The notes beneath the pieces were generated by a model that did no database searches, had not been told where the DNA came from, and saw nothing but the letters and a program-made list of their open reading frames with translations. Of a DNA stretch of 64,000 nt, positions 27,876 through 36,635 are shown one piece after another. Numbering within the stretch: position 1 is the stretch's first letter; the number at the start of each line of letters is the position of its first letter. The DNA comes from Nitrospirota bacterium (GTDB taxonomy: Bacteria > Nitrospirota > Nitrospiria > 2-01-FULL-66-17): positions 96,001 to 160,000 of the forward strand of contig JBMOMC010000044.1 of assembly GCA_049325335.1 (NCBI GenBank), written 5' to 3'. The translations under genes and the position numbers were made by a program.

Positions 27876-30335
27876 ATGAATCTGACGCACGAGATGGTCT
27901 TGCACGCTCCACCTCGCGAAACATTGACTCAAAACGGGGTCCGCGTGTTGCTCGACCCGGCGGGGCCGAACTGGATCGGCACCGACGAGCGCGGCCGGCG
28001 AATTCTGGATCTCTTTGATGGGGCGCACACGTTCGGCCAGGTGGTGCGCGCCTACGCGGCGGAGGCCAAGCTCGACGTGGTCGCAGCCTGGCAGCACGTG
28101 GACACGCTCGCGCGCGATGCGATCCGCCGCGGCATGCTGACGGACCGGCCGATCACGCGCCCGCCCTACCTGGGGCGCGCGGCGCATCTGGGGCCGCGGC
28201 GTTTGACCGAGTTGTGGCTGCACACCAACAATTCGTGCAACCTCGCGTGCAGCCACTGCCTGGTGTCTTCCGGACCCGACGGCGACAAGGGCCTTCCCAC
28301 CGACGTGCTCCTGCGCGTGATCGCCGACGCGAAAGCCCTGGGCGTGCGCCGGTTCTTCTTCACCGGTGGCGAGCCCTTCCTCAGAAAGGACATCCTCGCG
28401 CTGATCGATGCGGCGTTGGAGGACCCCAAAGCGGAACTGGCGATCCTGACCAACGGCCTCCTGTTCACCCCAAGCCGGATCGAGGAGCTTTGCCAACGCG
28501 ATTCCGCGCGGCTCAAGATCCAGATCAGTCTCGACGGCTCCACGCCCAAGACCAACGATCCCCTCCGAGGGAAGGGCAGCTTCCAGCGTATTGTCGACGG
28601 GATCCGCGCCGCGATCCGAGCCAGCCTCTCGGTCACGGTCAGCACCGTGATCACCGAAGCCAACGCCGACGATGTACCCGAGGTTACGCGTCTGGTCGCC
28701 AGGCTTGGCGGCGCCACGCATCACTTGCTTTGGCTGCACAAACGCGGCCGCGCGGATGAGCACGGCGTGGATCGCACCCCGTCGGTAGAACGCGTCATCG
28801 AGGTCGTTCGCCGCTGCCGCGAGGTTGGGCAATCCGTCGGCGTGATGGTCGATAACCACGAGGCGGTCAAGGCACGACTCCGGTATCCCGCAGGCACCAA
28901 GCGCGACCTCGCCAGCGCCGGAATCTCCAGCCTCTGTCTCTATTCAGACGGGCAGGTCTACCCCTCGGCCGCGATGGCCAATGTTCCCGACCTCGCCTGC
29001 GGGTCAATCCTGGATCAATCTCTTCAGGACATGTGGTTGACCAGCTCCGTCGCCACCGAGTTCGCATCGGCGACTGTTGAGGACAAGGTGATCTGCCGGA
29101 CCTGCCCAATCAAGTTTCTCTGCGGAGGGGGCGACATCGAGCACGCGTATTTCTACGGTGGCTCGATCATGGCGCACGACCCCTACTGCGAGCTGCACCA
29201 GGCCATGATCGCCGACGCGCTGCTCGATCTGACCGAGGAACGCAAAACCCTCGTGACCAACCGCAAGTCGGGGTTTTCCGCGCCGATCATCTACACGGGC
29301 ATGGGCGAGGCCGCGGTCACGTGCGCAACAGACGAGACGCCCGGCGAAGTGCTCACCAGCCACTCGGAGTGCGTGCTGACGTTCGACCTGGACGCCCCGC
29401 GCAAGGTCGTCCGCGAGTTTTACGGCAACGCGGCCGAGATGCCGCAGGAAGAGTTGTGCTGCCCGGTGCAACCGAACCCCGAAGACCTCGCCCACATCCC
29501 CCGGGAGGTCATCGAGCGCTTCTATGGCTGCGGCTCGCCGGTGGGCGCGGCCGGGATTCAACCCGGCGAGACGACCCTGGATCTGGGCAGCGGCGCGGGC
29601 ATCGACGTGTTCATCGCCGCGAAGAAGGTGGGCCCCACGGGCCGGGCAGTCGGCGTGGACATGACGCCCCAGATGCTCGCGGTGGCGCGCGACGCGCAGA
29701 AGGACGTGGCCGCTGCGCTGGGCTACGACGTCGTCGAGTTCCGGGAGGGATTTCTCGAACAGATCCCGGCCGAGACCCAGTCTATTGATCTCGTGACGTC
29801 CAACTGCGTGATCAACCTCTCACCCGACAAGCCCCGCGTGTTCGCGGAGATGTGGCGGGTGCTGAGGGACCACGGCCGGATCGTGATTGCTGACATCGTC
29901 GCGGATCAGGAAGTCCCGCCGCACCAACGCAAAGACCCGCGCCTCTGGGGCGAGTGCATCAGCGGCGCGCTGACCGAAGAGGAGTTCCTGGCTGCGCTCG
30001 AGCGCGCAGGGTTCTACGGCCTGCAGGTCTTCAAGAAAACATTCTGGAAAGAGGTCGAGGGGTTCAAGTTTTACTCGGTCACAGTCCGCGGCTTTAAGTT
30101 CGAGAAGACCTCGGGTTGCATCTATGCGGGGCAAACCGCGACGTACACCGGACCGTTCAAAGGCGTGAGCGACGAAGAGGGCCACTGGTTCCCGCGCAAC
30201 GTGGCGATCGACGTCTGCACCGACACCGCCGCCAAACTGTCGCGCGCGCCCTACGCGGGCTTGTTCGTCCTCACCGGAGTCGGGGGAGACATCGCGCCGA
30301 TGGGCGGCTGCAATCCCGCGTCGGATTGCTGCTGA
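27876..30335 (+). CDS. Radical SAM-SPASM / ArsM(AS3MT)-like methyltransferase fusion
   Basis: [27 protein letters not shown]; then [34 protein letters not shown] and terminal CC. Confidence 0.9.
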   Translation: MNLTHEMVLHAPPRETLTQNGVRVLLDPAGPNWIGTDERGRRILDLFDGAHTFGQVVRAYAAEAKLDVVAAWQHVDTLARDAIRRGMLTDRPITRPPYLGRAAHLGPRRLTELWLHTNNSCNLACSHCLVSSGPDGDKGLPTDVLLRVIADAKALGVRRFFFTGGEPFLRKDILALIDAALEDPKAELAILTNGLLFTPSRIEELCQRDSARLKIQISLDGSTPKTNDPLRGKGSFQRIVDGIRAAIRASLSVTVSTVITEANADDVPEVTRLVARLGGATHHLLWLHKRGRADEHGVDRTPSVERVIEVVRRCREVGQSVGVMVDNHEAVKARLRYPAGTKRDLASAGISSLCLYSDGQVYPSAAMANVPDLACGSILDQSLQDMWLTSSVATEFASATVEDKVICRTCPIKFLCGGGDIEHAYFYGGSIMAHDPYCELHQAMIADALLDLTEERKTLVTNRKSGFSAPIIYTGMGEAAVTCATDETPGEVLTSHSECVLTFDLDAPRKVVREFYGNAAEMPQEELCCPVQPNPEDLAHIPREVIERFYGCGSPVGAAGIQPGETTLDLGSGAGIDVFIAAKKVGPTGRAVGVDMTPQMLAVARDAQKDVAAALGYDVVEFREGFLEQIPAETQSIDLVTSNCVINLSPDKPRVFAEMWRVLRDHGRIVIADIVADQEVPPHQRKDPRLWGECISGALTEEEFLAALERAGFYGLQVFKKTFWKEVEGFKFYSVTVRGFKFEKTSGCIYAGQTATYTGPFKGVSDEEGHWFPRNVAIDVCTDTAAKLSRAPYAGLFVLTGVGGDIAPMGGCNPASDCC

Positions 30336-31453
30336 TGGCCGACGCGCTCTTGATCGCCGCGGTGGTGCTTTGGCTCGCCTACGCCAACGGCGCAAACGAC
30401 AACTTCAAGGGCGTGGCCACGCTCTTCGGTTGCGGCGCCAGCGATTACCGCAGCGCGCTCCAGTGGGCGACCGTCGCAACCCTCGCCGGTTCGCTCAGCT
30501 CCGTCGCGATCGGGGCGGGGCTTGTCGCGAAGTTTTCTGGCAAGGGCCTGGTGTCGGATGCCGTCCTTGCCGACCCGAGTTTTGTCTCCGCGGTAGCCTT
30601 CGCCGCCGTCGCCACAGTGTTGCTCGCCACGCGCCTCGGGTACCCGATTTCCACCACTCACGCGCTCGTCGGCGGACTCGTCGGCGCGGGCGTCGCGGGG
30701 AACGGATGGGGAGGCGTGAACCTCGCGGCGCTCGGCACCACATTCGTCGCGCCGCTGTTTCTCGCACCGCTGACTGCGGTGACCTTGACCGCACTCGCCT
30801 ACTGGCTCCTTCACCGGGCTCGACTGTCGTTCGGGGTTGCGCGTGAAACGTGCGTGTGCGTGGGAGGACACGTTCCAGTGGTCAGAGTGCACCCTGGTCG
30901 CCGCCCGCTCGCGGCGGCCGCTGTTGCAATGCCAACCGTCACGATCGCGTCGTCCCAAGAGTGCTTGCAGCGTTACGGCGGTCGCGTGGCGGGGGTGAGC
31001 CTTCAGACCCTCTTGGATCGGTTGCACTATCTGAGCGCGGGGGCCGTGTGCTTTGCCCGCGGCCTCAACGACACACCAAAAGTCGTGGCGCTCCTGGTCG
31101 CCGCGCAAGCCCTGCACGTGCCGTTTGCGGTCGCGATCGTGGCCGTCGCCATGGCGCTGGGCGGGTTACTCAGCGGGCGGCGCGTGGCCGAGACCATGAG
31201 CCACAAGATCACGGCCATGAATCACGGCCAAGGCTTGACCGCCAACCTCGCCACCGCGGCGCTCGTGATTTGGGCGTCGCGCTGGGGCCTGCCCGTCTCA
31301 ACCACCCACGTCTCGTGCGGCGCCCTGTTTGGCATCGGTGCCATCACCGGTCACGCCCATTGGCGCGCCATCGCGTCGATTGCGCTCGCGTGGATCACCA
31401 CGCTTCCCCTTGCCGCGTTGCTGGCTGCCGCAGCATATCTCTCCCTCGGCTGA
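30335..31453 (+). CDS. Inorganic phosphate transporter (PiT) family
   Basis: NGANDNFKG, PISTTH, GLND, LPVSTTH; ATG overlaps the upstream TGA. Confidence 0.9.
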   Translation: MADALLIAAVVLWLAYANGANDNFKGVATLFGCGASDYRSALQWATVATLAGSLSSVAIGAGLVAKFSGKGLVSDAVLADPSFVSAVAFAAVATVLLATRLGYPISTTHALVGGLVGAGVAGNGWGGVNLAALGTTFVAPLFLAPLTAVTLTALAYWLLHRARLSFGVARETCVCVGGHVPVVRVHPGRRPLAAAAVAMPTVTIASSQECLQRYGGRVAGVSLQTLLDRLHYLSAGAVCFARGLNDTPKVVALLVAAQALHVPFAVAIVAVAMALGGLLSGRRVAETMSHKITAMNHGQGLTANLATAALVIWASRWGLPVSTTHVSCGALFGIGAITGHAHWRAIASIALAWITTLPLAALLAAAAYLSLG

Positions 31454-31492
31454 CTCAGCCGGACGCCGTGTTCAGCGACATGCCTTGAGTGT

Positions 31493-31570
31493 GCTTCGAC
31501 GAGCTCCCCACGAGAAGGGTTTTCGTGTAGGGCCTCGGTGCCAATCCGTTCACCCTGCGCCTGTCGAAGG
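31493..31570. repeat. REP-like inverted element between convergent genes
   Basis: CTTCGAC..GCTC.. and CCGTTCACCCTGCGCCTGTCGAAGG in inverted arrangement. Confidence 0.45.
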
Positions 31571-31578
31571 ACAGCCTG

Positions 31579-32001
31579 CTACCGAATCGTCAGCACACCC
31601 TTCATGCCGGACTCATGGTGCGACACCGGATCCTCCGCGTCGCAGCGAAAACCGAAGTCTCCCACTTTCTTCGGAGTAAATCGTAGGACCACCGTCGAGC
31701 TAGCGGGAACCTCCAACTCCTCTAGCCCCCGCGCCGCCACCACAACGCCCTGGCCTTCAACGTCGACCACGGTGTCGACCAGGGCGTCGGTGACGAACTC
31801 GTGCAGCGCCTTGCCTTCATTTACCAGACGCAGCTCCACTGGTCGATTCCTGCGCAATTCAATGTACGCCGGAGCATACTTGTACTCCGCCAACAACACC
31901 GTAACCGCCTGCACCTCCTGCGGCCGCGATCGGTCGTCCGACAACGCGGCCATCGGAAGGCCCACCACGGTCAACATCGCGGCAACGATTCTCCATCTCA
32001 T
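31579..32001 (-). CDS. Exported cupredoxin domain protein
   Basis: AAGGAG RBS, signal peptide, N.G..HEF, F.C..H..GMKG. Confidence 0.85.
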   Translation of the reverse strand: MRWRIVAAMLTVVGLPMAALSDDRSRPQEVQAVTVLLAEYKYAPAYIELRRNRPVELRLVNEGKALHEFVTDALVDTVVDVEGQGVVVAARGLEELEVPASSTVVLRFTPKKVGDFGFRCDAEDPVSHHESGMKGVLTIR

Positions 32002-32045
32002 CGTTTCACTCCTTTGCTTCGCCATGTGAGCGGATGCCTTCGGCA

Positions 32046-32555
32046 CTATTGTTTGCGCCAAGCGGCGCCGCGCACATTCCACCACATGTCATACATCGGC
32101 ACGCCGATCAACAACACGGCAGTGCCCGTCATCAGAATCCACGCGACCAGTTGGACCACGGCGAATCCAGGCGCCACAAACCGGACCAGCCAGGGCGACG
32201 CCAGGTCGGCGAGCGTGCCCGCGAACGCCGACACGACCACGGTGCGTTTGAACCGACGGCTGCCCCCGGTCGCGACAAACAGGTGCGTCAACACCAACAG
32301 GGTGACGCCTTGGATGAACGCGTGAAAGTGGGCTTCCTCCAGCATCTGCCCGACCGGACGCGGCAGGAGGTCTTCGTTCTCGGCCCCCCGGTAATGCTCG
32401 ACGATCTGCTGATACGACGGCCCGACTCTCGTGAGCGCAATGGCGATCAGCGTGAGATACCCGACCGCGGCGAATACTAAGAACCCGGTATAGATCACCT
32501 TGATCTCGGTGGTGGTCTGCCCGATCCGATACCCTCGTCGCGAAAAGTCTCTCAC
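32046..32555 (-). CDS. Four-TM membrane protein with His residues
   Basis: Hydrophobic helices; EAHFHAF and LTHLF; GTGA overlap with the upstream gene. Confidence 0.7.
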   Translation of the reverse strand: MRDFSRRGYRIGQTTTEIKVIYTGFLVFAAVGYLTLIAIALTRVGPSYQQIVEHYRGAENEDLLPRPVGQMLEEAHFHAFIQGVTLLVLTHLFVATGGSRRFKRTVVVSAFAGTLADLASPWLVRFVAPGFAVVQLVAWILMTGTAVLLIGVPMYDMWWNVRGAAWRKQ

Positions 32556-34090
32556 GACGCGGTTCCCGGAACTCCATACACGACCGACGTCAAGGCCAAG
32601 GCCCTTTTCACGGCGGCGGCGGTCGAGCGTGACGACAGCGTCGCGCCACTGATGCCGTGTACGTCTCGGCCCAACTTGAGCGGCGCCGCCAATGTCTTGC
32701 CGGTAAATTGCTCAAGAAACCGTTTAGACCTGATTTCGGAGCCTTGTGATTCTCGGTACGTCATGACGTGTACGCCTCGGATCGTGCCTTCCGGCGCGAC
32801 CGCCACCATAAACGTGATGGGTTGTTCTTTGCCGATCACATTCAGCACGGTCGCGTACCCCGTCACACGACCCACCTGTTCCCCGATCCAAAACGTGACC
32901 TCGGCCTCCGACATGCGGCCGTTAATCAACGCCGCGACCCGGTCACGCTGAGCCTCGCTCAACGACACCGTTTCTTCCCTGACCGCTTCGGCCTCCGGCA
33001 TCAAACTTCGAAGGGCCTCCTCTCGGCTCAGATACACCACGCCATGACCGAGCGCGGGCCGGAGCACGATAGCCGCCGCGGCCGCGATCATCCCGACGAG
33101 GATTCGCCGCCTGGAGAGACGATTCGCTTCGGGCCTCACCTCCAGGTGATGGCGCCAATCCGGCGTTTCAGCACGCCTCAACCGCCCACTCCCGGCTCGG
33201 CTCGTAATCATCCCATCCAGCCCGAGCCGGCGCAGCAACGCGATCCCGTCGCGCGGTCCCGCAACGAACGCCGCGGTGGAGAGCGCGTCGGACTCCAGCG
33301 CCGTAGGGGCAATCACCGTCGCAGCCATGGCCTTGTCGGCCGGTCGGCCGGTCCTCGGGTCGATGATGTGCCCGTACCGAACTCCGTTGATAAAATTCAC
33401 CTGCTGGTCGTCCCCGGACGTGGCGACCGCACAGTCGACCATTCGCACCACGGACACTACTCGATTCGGGTCCCGTGGGTGCCGAAGCCCGATGCGCCAC
33501 GCGTCATCGTCCGGCGGACGGCCCAGCGCGTAGGTGGTGCTGCCGAAATCCACCAGGGCCGAGGACACGCCGGCCGCCACGAGAGTTCGCACCACCCGAT
33601 CCACGGCATAGCCTTTGCCCATCGCGCCGAATTCAAGCTGCACGCCGGAGGAACCATAGGCCACCGTACGCCGTTCCGCGTCGAACCGCACATGACGCCA
33701 TCCGACGTGATCCAATCGTGAACGAATGTCGCTCGGCGACGGCGGCCCCGACGATCCGCCATGACGTTCATCCCGAGACCGCCACAAGCGCGTGAGCGGC
33801 GAAACCGTCACATCCACGGCCCCCCCGCTCACGATTGAAAAATGCTGCGCCTGCAAGAGCAACCATGACAGTTCGGCATCCACCGCTAGCGGCCCCCGCG
33901 CCGCGTCGCGATTGAGCCTCGACACCTCGCTGGCCGGATCGAACGCGCTCAACAGTCGTTCGATCCGGCCAGCCTCGGTAAACGCGGCGTGGAAAATATC
34001 GCCTCGTTGTTCAACCTCGGCGCTCGGCAGCGTGATATGCAGCACGCCGCCCATGCACGGCCGGCTTTCTCTGATGGTTGGCCGTGTCAT
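32552..34090 (-). CDS. apbE: FAD:protein FMN transferase (ApbE) fused to an FMN-binding domain
   Basis: MG, SEVSRLN, GAMGKGYAVD, ATSGD, HIIDPRTG, DALST; C-terminal YRES.G..FLEQF.GK..ISGATLSS. Confidence 0.88.
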   Translation of the reverse strand: MTRPTIRESRPCMGGVLHITLPSAEVEQRGDIFHAAFTEAGRIERLLSAFDPASEVSRLNRDAARGPLAVDAELSWLLLQAQHFSIVSGGAVDVTVSPLTRLWRSRDERHGGSSGPPSPSDIRSRLDHVGWRHVRFDAERRTVAYGSSGVQLEFGAMGKGYAVDRVVRTLVAAGVSSALVDFGSTTYALGRPPDDDAWRIGLRHPRDPNRVVSVVRMVDCAVATSGDDQQVNFINGVRYGHIIDPRTGRPADKAMAATVIAPTALESDALSTAAFVAGPRDGIALLRRLGLDGMITSRAGSGRLRRAETPDWRHHLEVRPEANRLSRRRILVGMIAAAAAIVLRPALGHGVVYLSREEALRSLMPEAEAVREETVSLSEAQRDRVAALINGRMSEAEVTFWIGEQVGRVTGYATVLNVIGKEQPITFMVAVAPEGTIRGVHVMTYRESQGSEIRSKRFLEQFTGKTLAAPLKLGRDVHGISGATLSSRSTAAAVKRALALTSVVYGVPGTAS

Positions 34091-34098
34091 GCAATCCG

Positions 34099-35313
34099 TC
34101 AGTGGAACTGATAGCCGACGCCCAAGTTAAACCGGCTGCCGTCGTCGTCCGCCCCATTTTCCCAGCTTTCCAGGTCGGCTTTGATCGCCACGTCGGGAAT
34201 CGGAAAGTACGCCAGGCCCGCGGTCATCACCTGCCGCTCGTGGGCTGGATTCTTGGCGAATCCAGTCGGCATCGACTTCTGGGTGTCGAAGTCCTCATAC
34301 CGGAGGAACGCAACTACGGACTGATCTGTGTTGGGTGCCAGCACCTTGAGCACATCGTAGGCGGCCTCAAGATACCACCCGAGCATCTCTTCACCGACCG
34401 GTGCACCTGGCGTCGGTAGTCCGGCTAGGTACGTGGAAATCTGATCCGCCCCATCCACGTTAATTGATGCCAGCACGCCGCGTAGATCCAAACCGGCCAC
34501 GCGCAGCCGCGCGTCCGCCTCCAGAATCCCCACCCCGGCATCGCCCAACGCCGCATTGTTCGTCGTATTCGCACCGCCCTGGTACACCGAGAGCCCCAGG
34601 TCCACGCCCGGCAAACCGACGTATTCCAACCGGCCCACGACGGCCAGAGAGTCGGAGGGCTGCTCGTTCACGTGACCTCGCCCGCCGCGAATCCCGTTCG
34701 ACGCAGTAAAATCTTCGGCATTCAGACCGGATACGAGATACACCCGATATTTAAGCCCGGCCGGCACCGATCCGAAGAGCCCCACGCCGCCCTCTTGCCA
34801 CGAGGTTGGGATGATGGTCCGCTGCACGTACGGCCGCTCTACGCTGTAAAAGAGCGGCGGCTCATGGAATTCGTTCAACGGACCTACCGGCATGAGCATG
34901 CTGCCAGCCCGCACGTTGAACGCCGGGGTGATGAGAAAATCTACATACGCGAACTCGAGTTCGATCTCGCCTGCCGCGTGTTCGAAATCCACCTCGGTGT
35001 GCACGCTGATGCGGTCGTTGAACTGATAACTGACGCCCCACACCATCCGGTGCAAATCCATGATCGCAGGGTCCGCGTCGTCCGGTACGCTCGCCCCCTC
35101 GGGGCTGTTAAAGTGCAACTCGCCGTATCCATGGAAGCTCAGCTTCCCAGCCCCGGACCCGCCGTGCGCATTGTTCTCGCCGGCCCCCAATTGATCAAGC
35201 CGCGATTCGATCCGGTCGAGCCGCTGCGTCACCGAGTCTTCCGCCCACGCATTGCCCGTTGCCTGTCCCGCAACCCACGCACATACGCCTAACGCCACCA
35301 ACGTCCGATTCAT
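34099..35313 (-). CDS. Outer-membrane porin (OprO/P-like)
   Basis: Signal peptide, short coiled coil, GYGELH, EVDFEH, LEFAY, N.FHEP..F..V.RP, C-terminal GVGYQF. Confidence 0.85.
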   Translation of the reverse strand: MNRTLVALGVCAWVAGQATGNAWAEDSVTQRLDRIESRLDQLGAGENNAHGGSGAGKLSFHGYGELHFNSPEGASVPDDADPAIMDLHRMVWGVSYQFNDRISVHTEVDFEHAAGEIELEFAYVDFLITPAFNVRAGSMLMPVGPLNEFHEPPLFYSVERPYVQRTIIPTSWQEGGVGLFGSVPAGLKYRVYLVSGLNAEDFTASNGIRGGRGHVNEQPSDSLAVVGRLEYVGLPGVDLGLSVYQGGANTTNNAALGDAGVGILEADARLRVAGLDLRGVLASINVDGADQISTYLAGLPTPGAPVGEEMLGWYLEAAYDVLKVLAPNTDQSVVAFLRYEDFDTQKSMPTGFAKNPAHERQVMTAGLAYFPIPDVAIKADLESWENGADDDGSRFNLGVGYQFH

Positions 35314-35406
35314 ACCCCTCCCACCTTTCTCGTGATTGTTCGGGCGCTGGGTGCTGTATTTGCTCTTGGTGCTCACGACCGCTGGCCTCCATGATGTCTC
35401 CGCCCG

Positions 35407-35595
35407 TTAGGGCGCTTCTTGATTACGCGAACGCGGCGACGCTCCTTTGATGCGATCAGAGGAAATCAGCAGCGTTCGTTTGCACCGTCGACACTTCAGC
35501 TCGATGGCCTCGCCCCGCCAGCGCGCCAACAGCCCTCCGCACAAGCACCGCACGTCGGGCGCTGCCCCACACCCATCCGGTCCCCGGGCGATCAT
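35407..35595 (-). CDS. Com-like (phage Mu Com family) zinc-ribbon protein
   Basis: VRCLCGGLLAR..IELKCRRCKR. Confidence 0.7.
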   Translation of the reverse strand: MIARGPDGCGAAPDVRCLCGGLLARWRGEAIELKCRRCKRTLLISSDRIKGASPRSRNQEAP

Positions 35596-35605
35596 GCCGC
35601 CGAAC

Positions 35606-35679
35606 TATTGATATTGGAATTAGATTTCATTTTCATTTATGAGGCTGCGATCATAGTTGGAATGCAAAAGGATTGTCAA
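35606..35679 (-). promoter_or_regulatory. Promoter plus Fur-box-like AT-rich site
   Basis: Minus strand: TTGACA-N18-TATGAT followed by AATGAAAATGAAATCTAATTCCAAT. Confidence 0.55.
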
Positions 35680-35739
35680 GCGGAGAATACGCCGACGGGC
35701 GGGTAAACCGCGGTCGTCCGGTACGACCGACGCGTTGAA

Positions 35740-36213
35740 CTACTCTTTGGTGAGCTGCTGACTGAGGTAGTTTTCAATGCCGACTCGCTTGATGGCATCA
35801 AGCTGGGTTTCGATCCAGTCGATGTGGCCTTCCTCCCCGTGCACCATCCGTTCCAACTTGGCGCGGGTGTTAAAGTCGCTCACTTTCACGCAATGCACGA
35901 TGCCCTCGGTCAGCACGGCGACGGCATCCTGCTCGAGACGAAGATCGAGATTGAGTTGTTCGAGCACCGTTTCCCCGATCTGAACCTGCCCCAGCCGCTG
36001 CAGATTTGGAATTCCCTCCAGATACAAGATGTGTTCGATCAGTTCGTGGGCGTCTTTCATCTCGTCGAAGCTATGCTGACGGATCTTTTCGTACAGTCGT
36101 TCGAATCCCCAGTGATGACACATCTCGGCGTGCACGAAGTATTGATTGATCGCGGTCAGCTCATTGGTCAACACTCGATTCAACAAATCAATGACGCCCT
36201 CTTTCGCCTTCAT
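35740..36213 (-). CDS. bfr: Bacterioferritin
   Basis: ELTAINQYFVH, DEMKDA, ILYLEG.PN, EEGHIDW.ETQ. Confidence 0.96.
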   Translation of the reverse strand: MKAKEGVIDLLNRVLTNELTAINQYFVHAEMCHHWGFERLYEKIRQHSFDEMKDAHELIEHILYLEGIPNLQRLGQVQIGETVLEQLNLDLRLEQDAVAVLTEGIVHCVKVSDFNTRAKLERMVHGEEGHIDWIETQLDAIKRVGIENYLSQQLTKE

Positions 36214-36325
36214 CGCGGTCTCCTTCGTGGGACTAGATAGCGTAACCGGCGTACGAGAACCAAAGAGGCTGCACCGTATCTCACCCCCACGGAGGATGTC
36301 AACCGACGCGAGACCATCACGCGAA

Positions 36326-36547
36326 TCAGGAACGAGACGAGCTATTCGACGGCGTGAGCACGTCCGTGTCAGCCAGCGCTTCTCGGGCGATCGCGACAAG
36401 TTTCGGAATGCCCACGACACAACGCCCGCAACAATCGTTGCGATCGATACCCAATTCCTCGGTCAACGCTTCCGGACTGACGACGCCGGATCGCCCCAGG
36501 TTTTGGACTTGGGAATCGGTGATGCCCTTACACAAGCAGATATACAT
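36326..36547 (-). CDS. bfd: Bacterioferritin-associated ferredoxin
   Basis: MYICLCKGITD..CCGRC, immediately upstream of bfr. Confidence 0.9.
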   Translation of the reverse strand: MYICLCKGITDSQVQNLGRSGVVSPEALTEELGIDRNDCCGRCVVGIPKLVAIAREALADTDVLTPSNSSSRS

Positions 36548-36567
36548 GCACGACGACCTTTCGATAT

Positions 36568-36619
36568 GATAATGAATTGCTTTTTCACTACCATAGCCGA
36601 TCGCCACCCCGCCTGTCAA
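36568..36619 (-). promoter_or_regulatory. bfd promoter with Fur box
   Basis: GATAATGAATTGCTTTTTC at 36568-36586 (13/19 to the E. coli consensus); TTGACA-N18-TATGGT on the minus strand. Confidence 0.65.
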
Positions 36620-36635
36620 GAAGTATCTCGATGAT

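Noticed and set aside
27876..28150. RiPP pathway suggested by the PqqD/RRE-like N-terminus
   Set aside because: No precursor peptide, peptidase or peptide exporter found nearby; the ArsM-like fusion and GT context point to small-molecule chemistry, though a RiPP is not strictly excluded
27363..28859. 498-aa minus-strand ORF
   Set aside because: Shadow of the spondin and radical SAM genes
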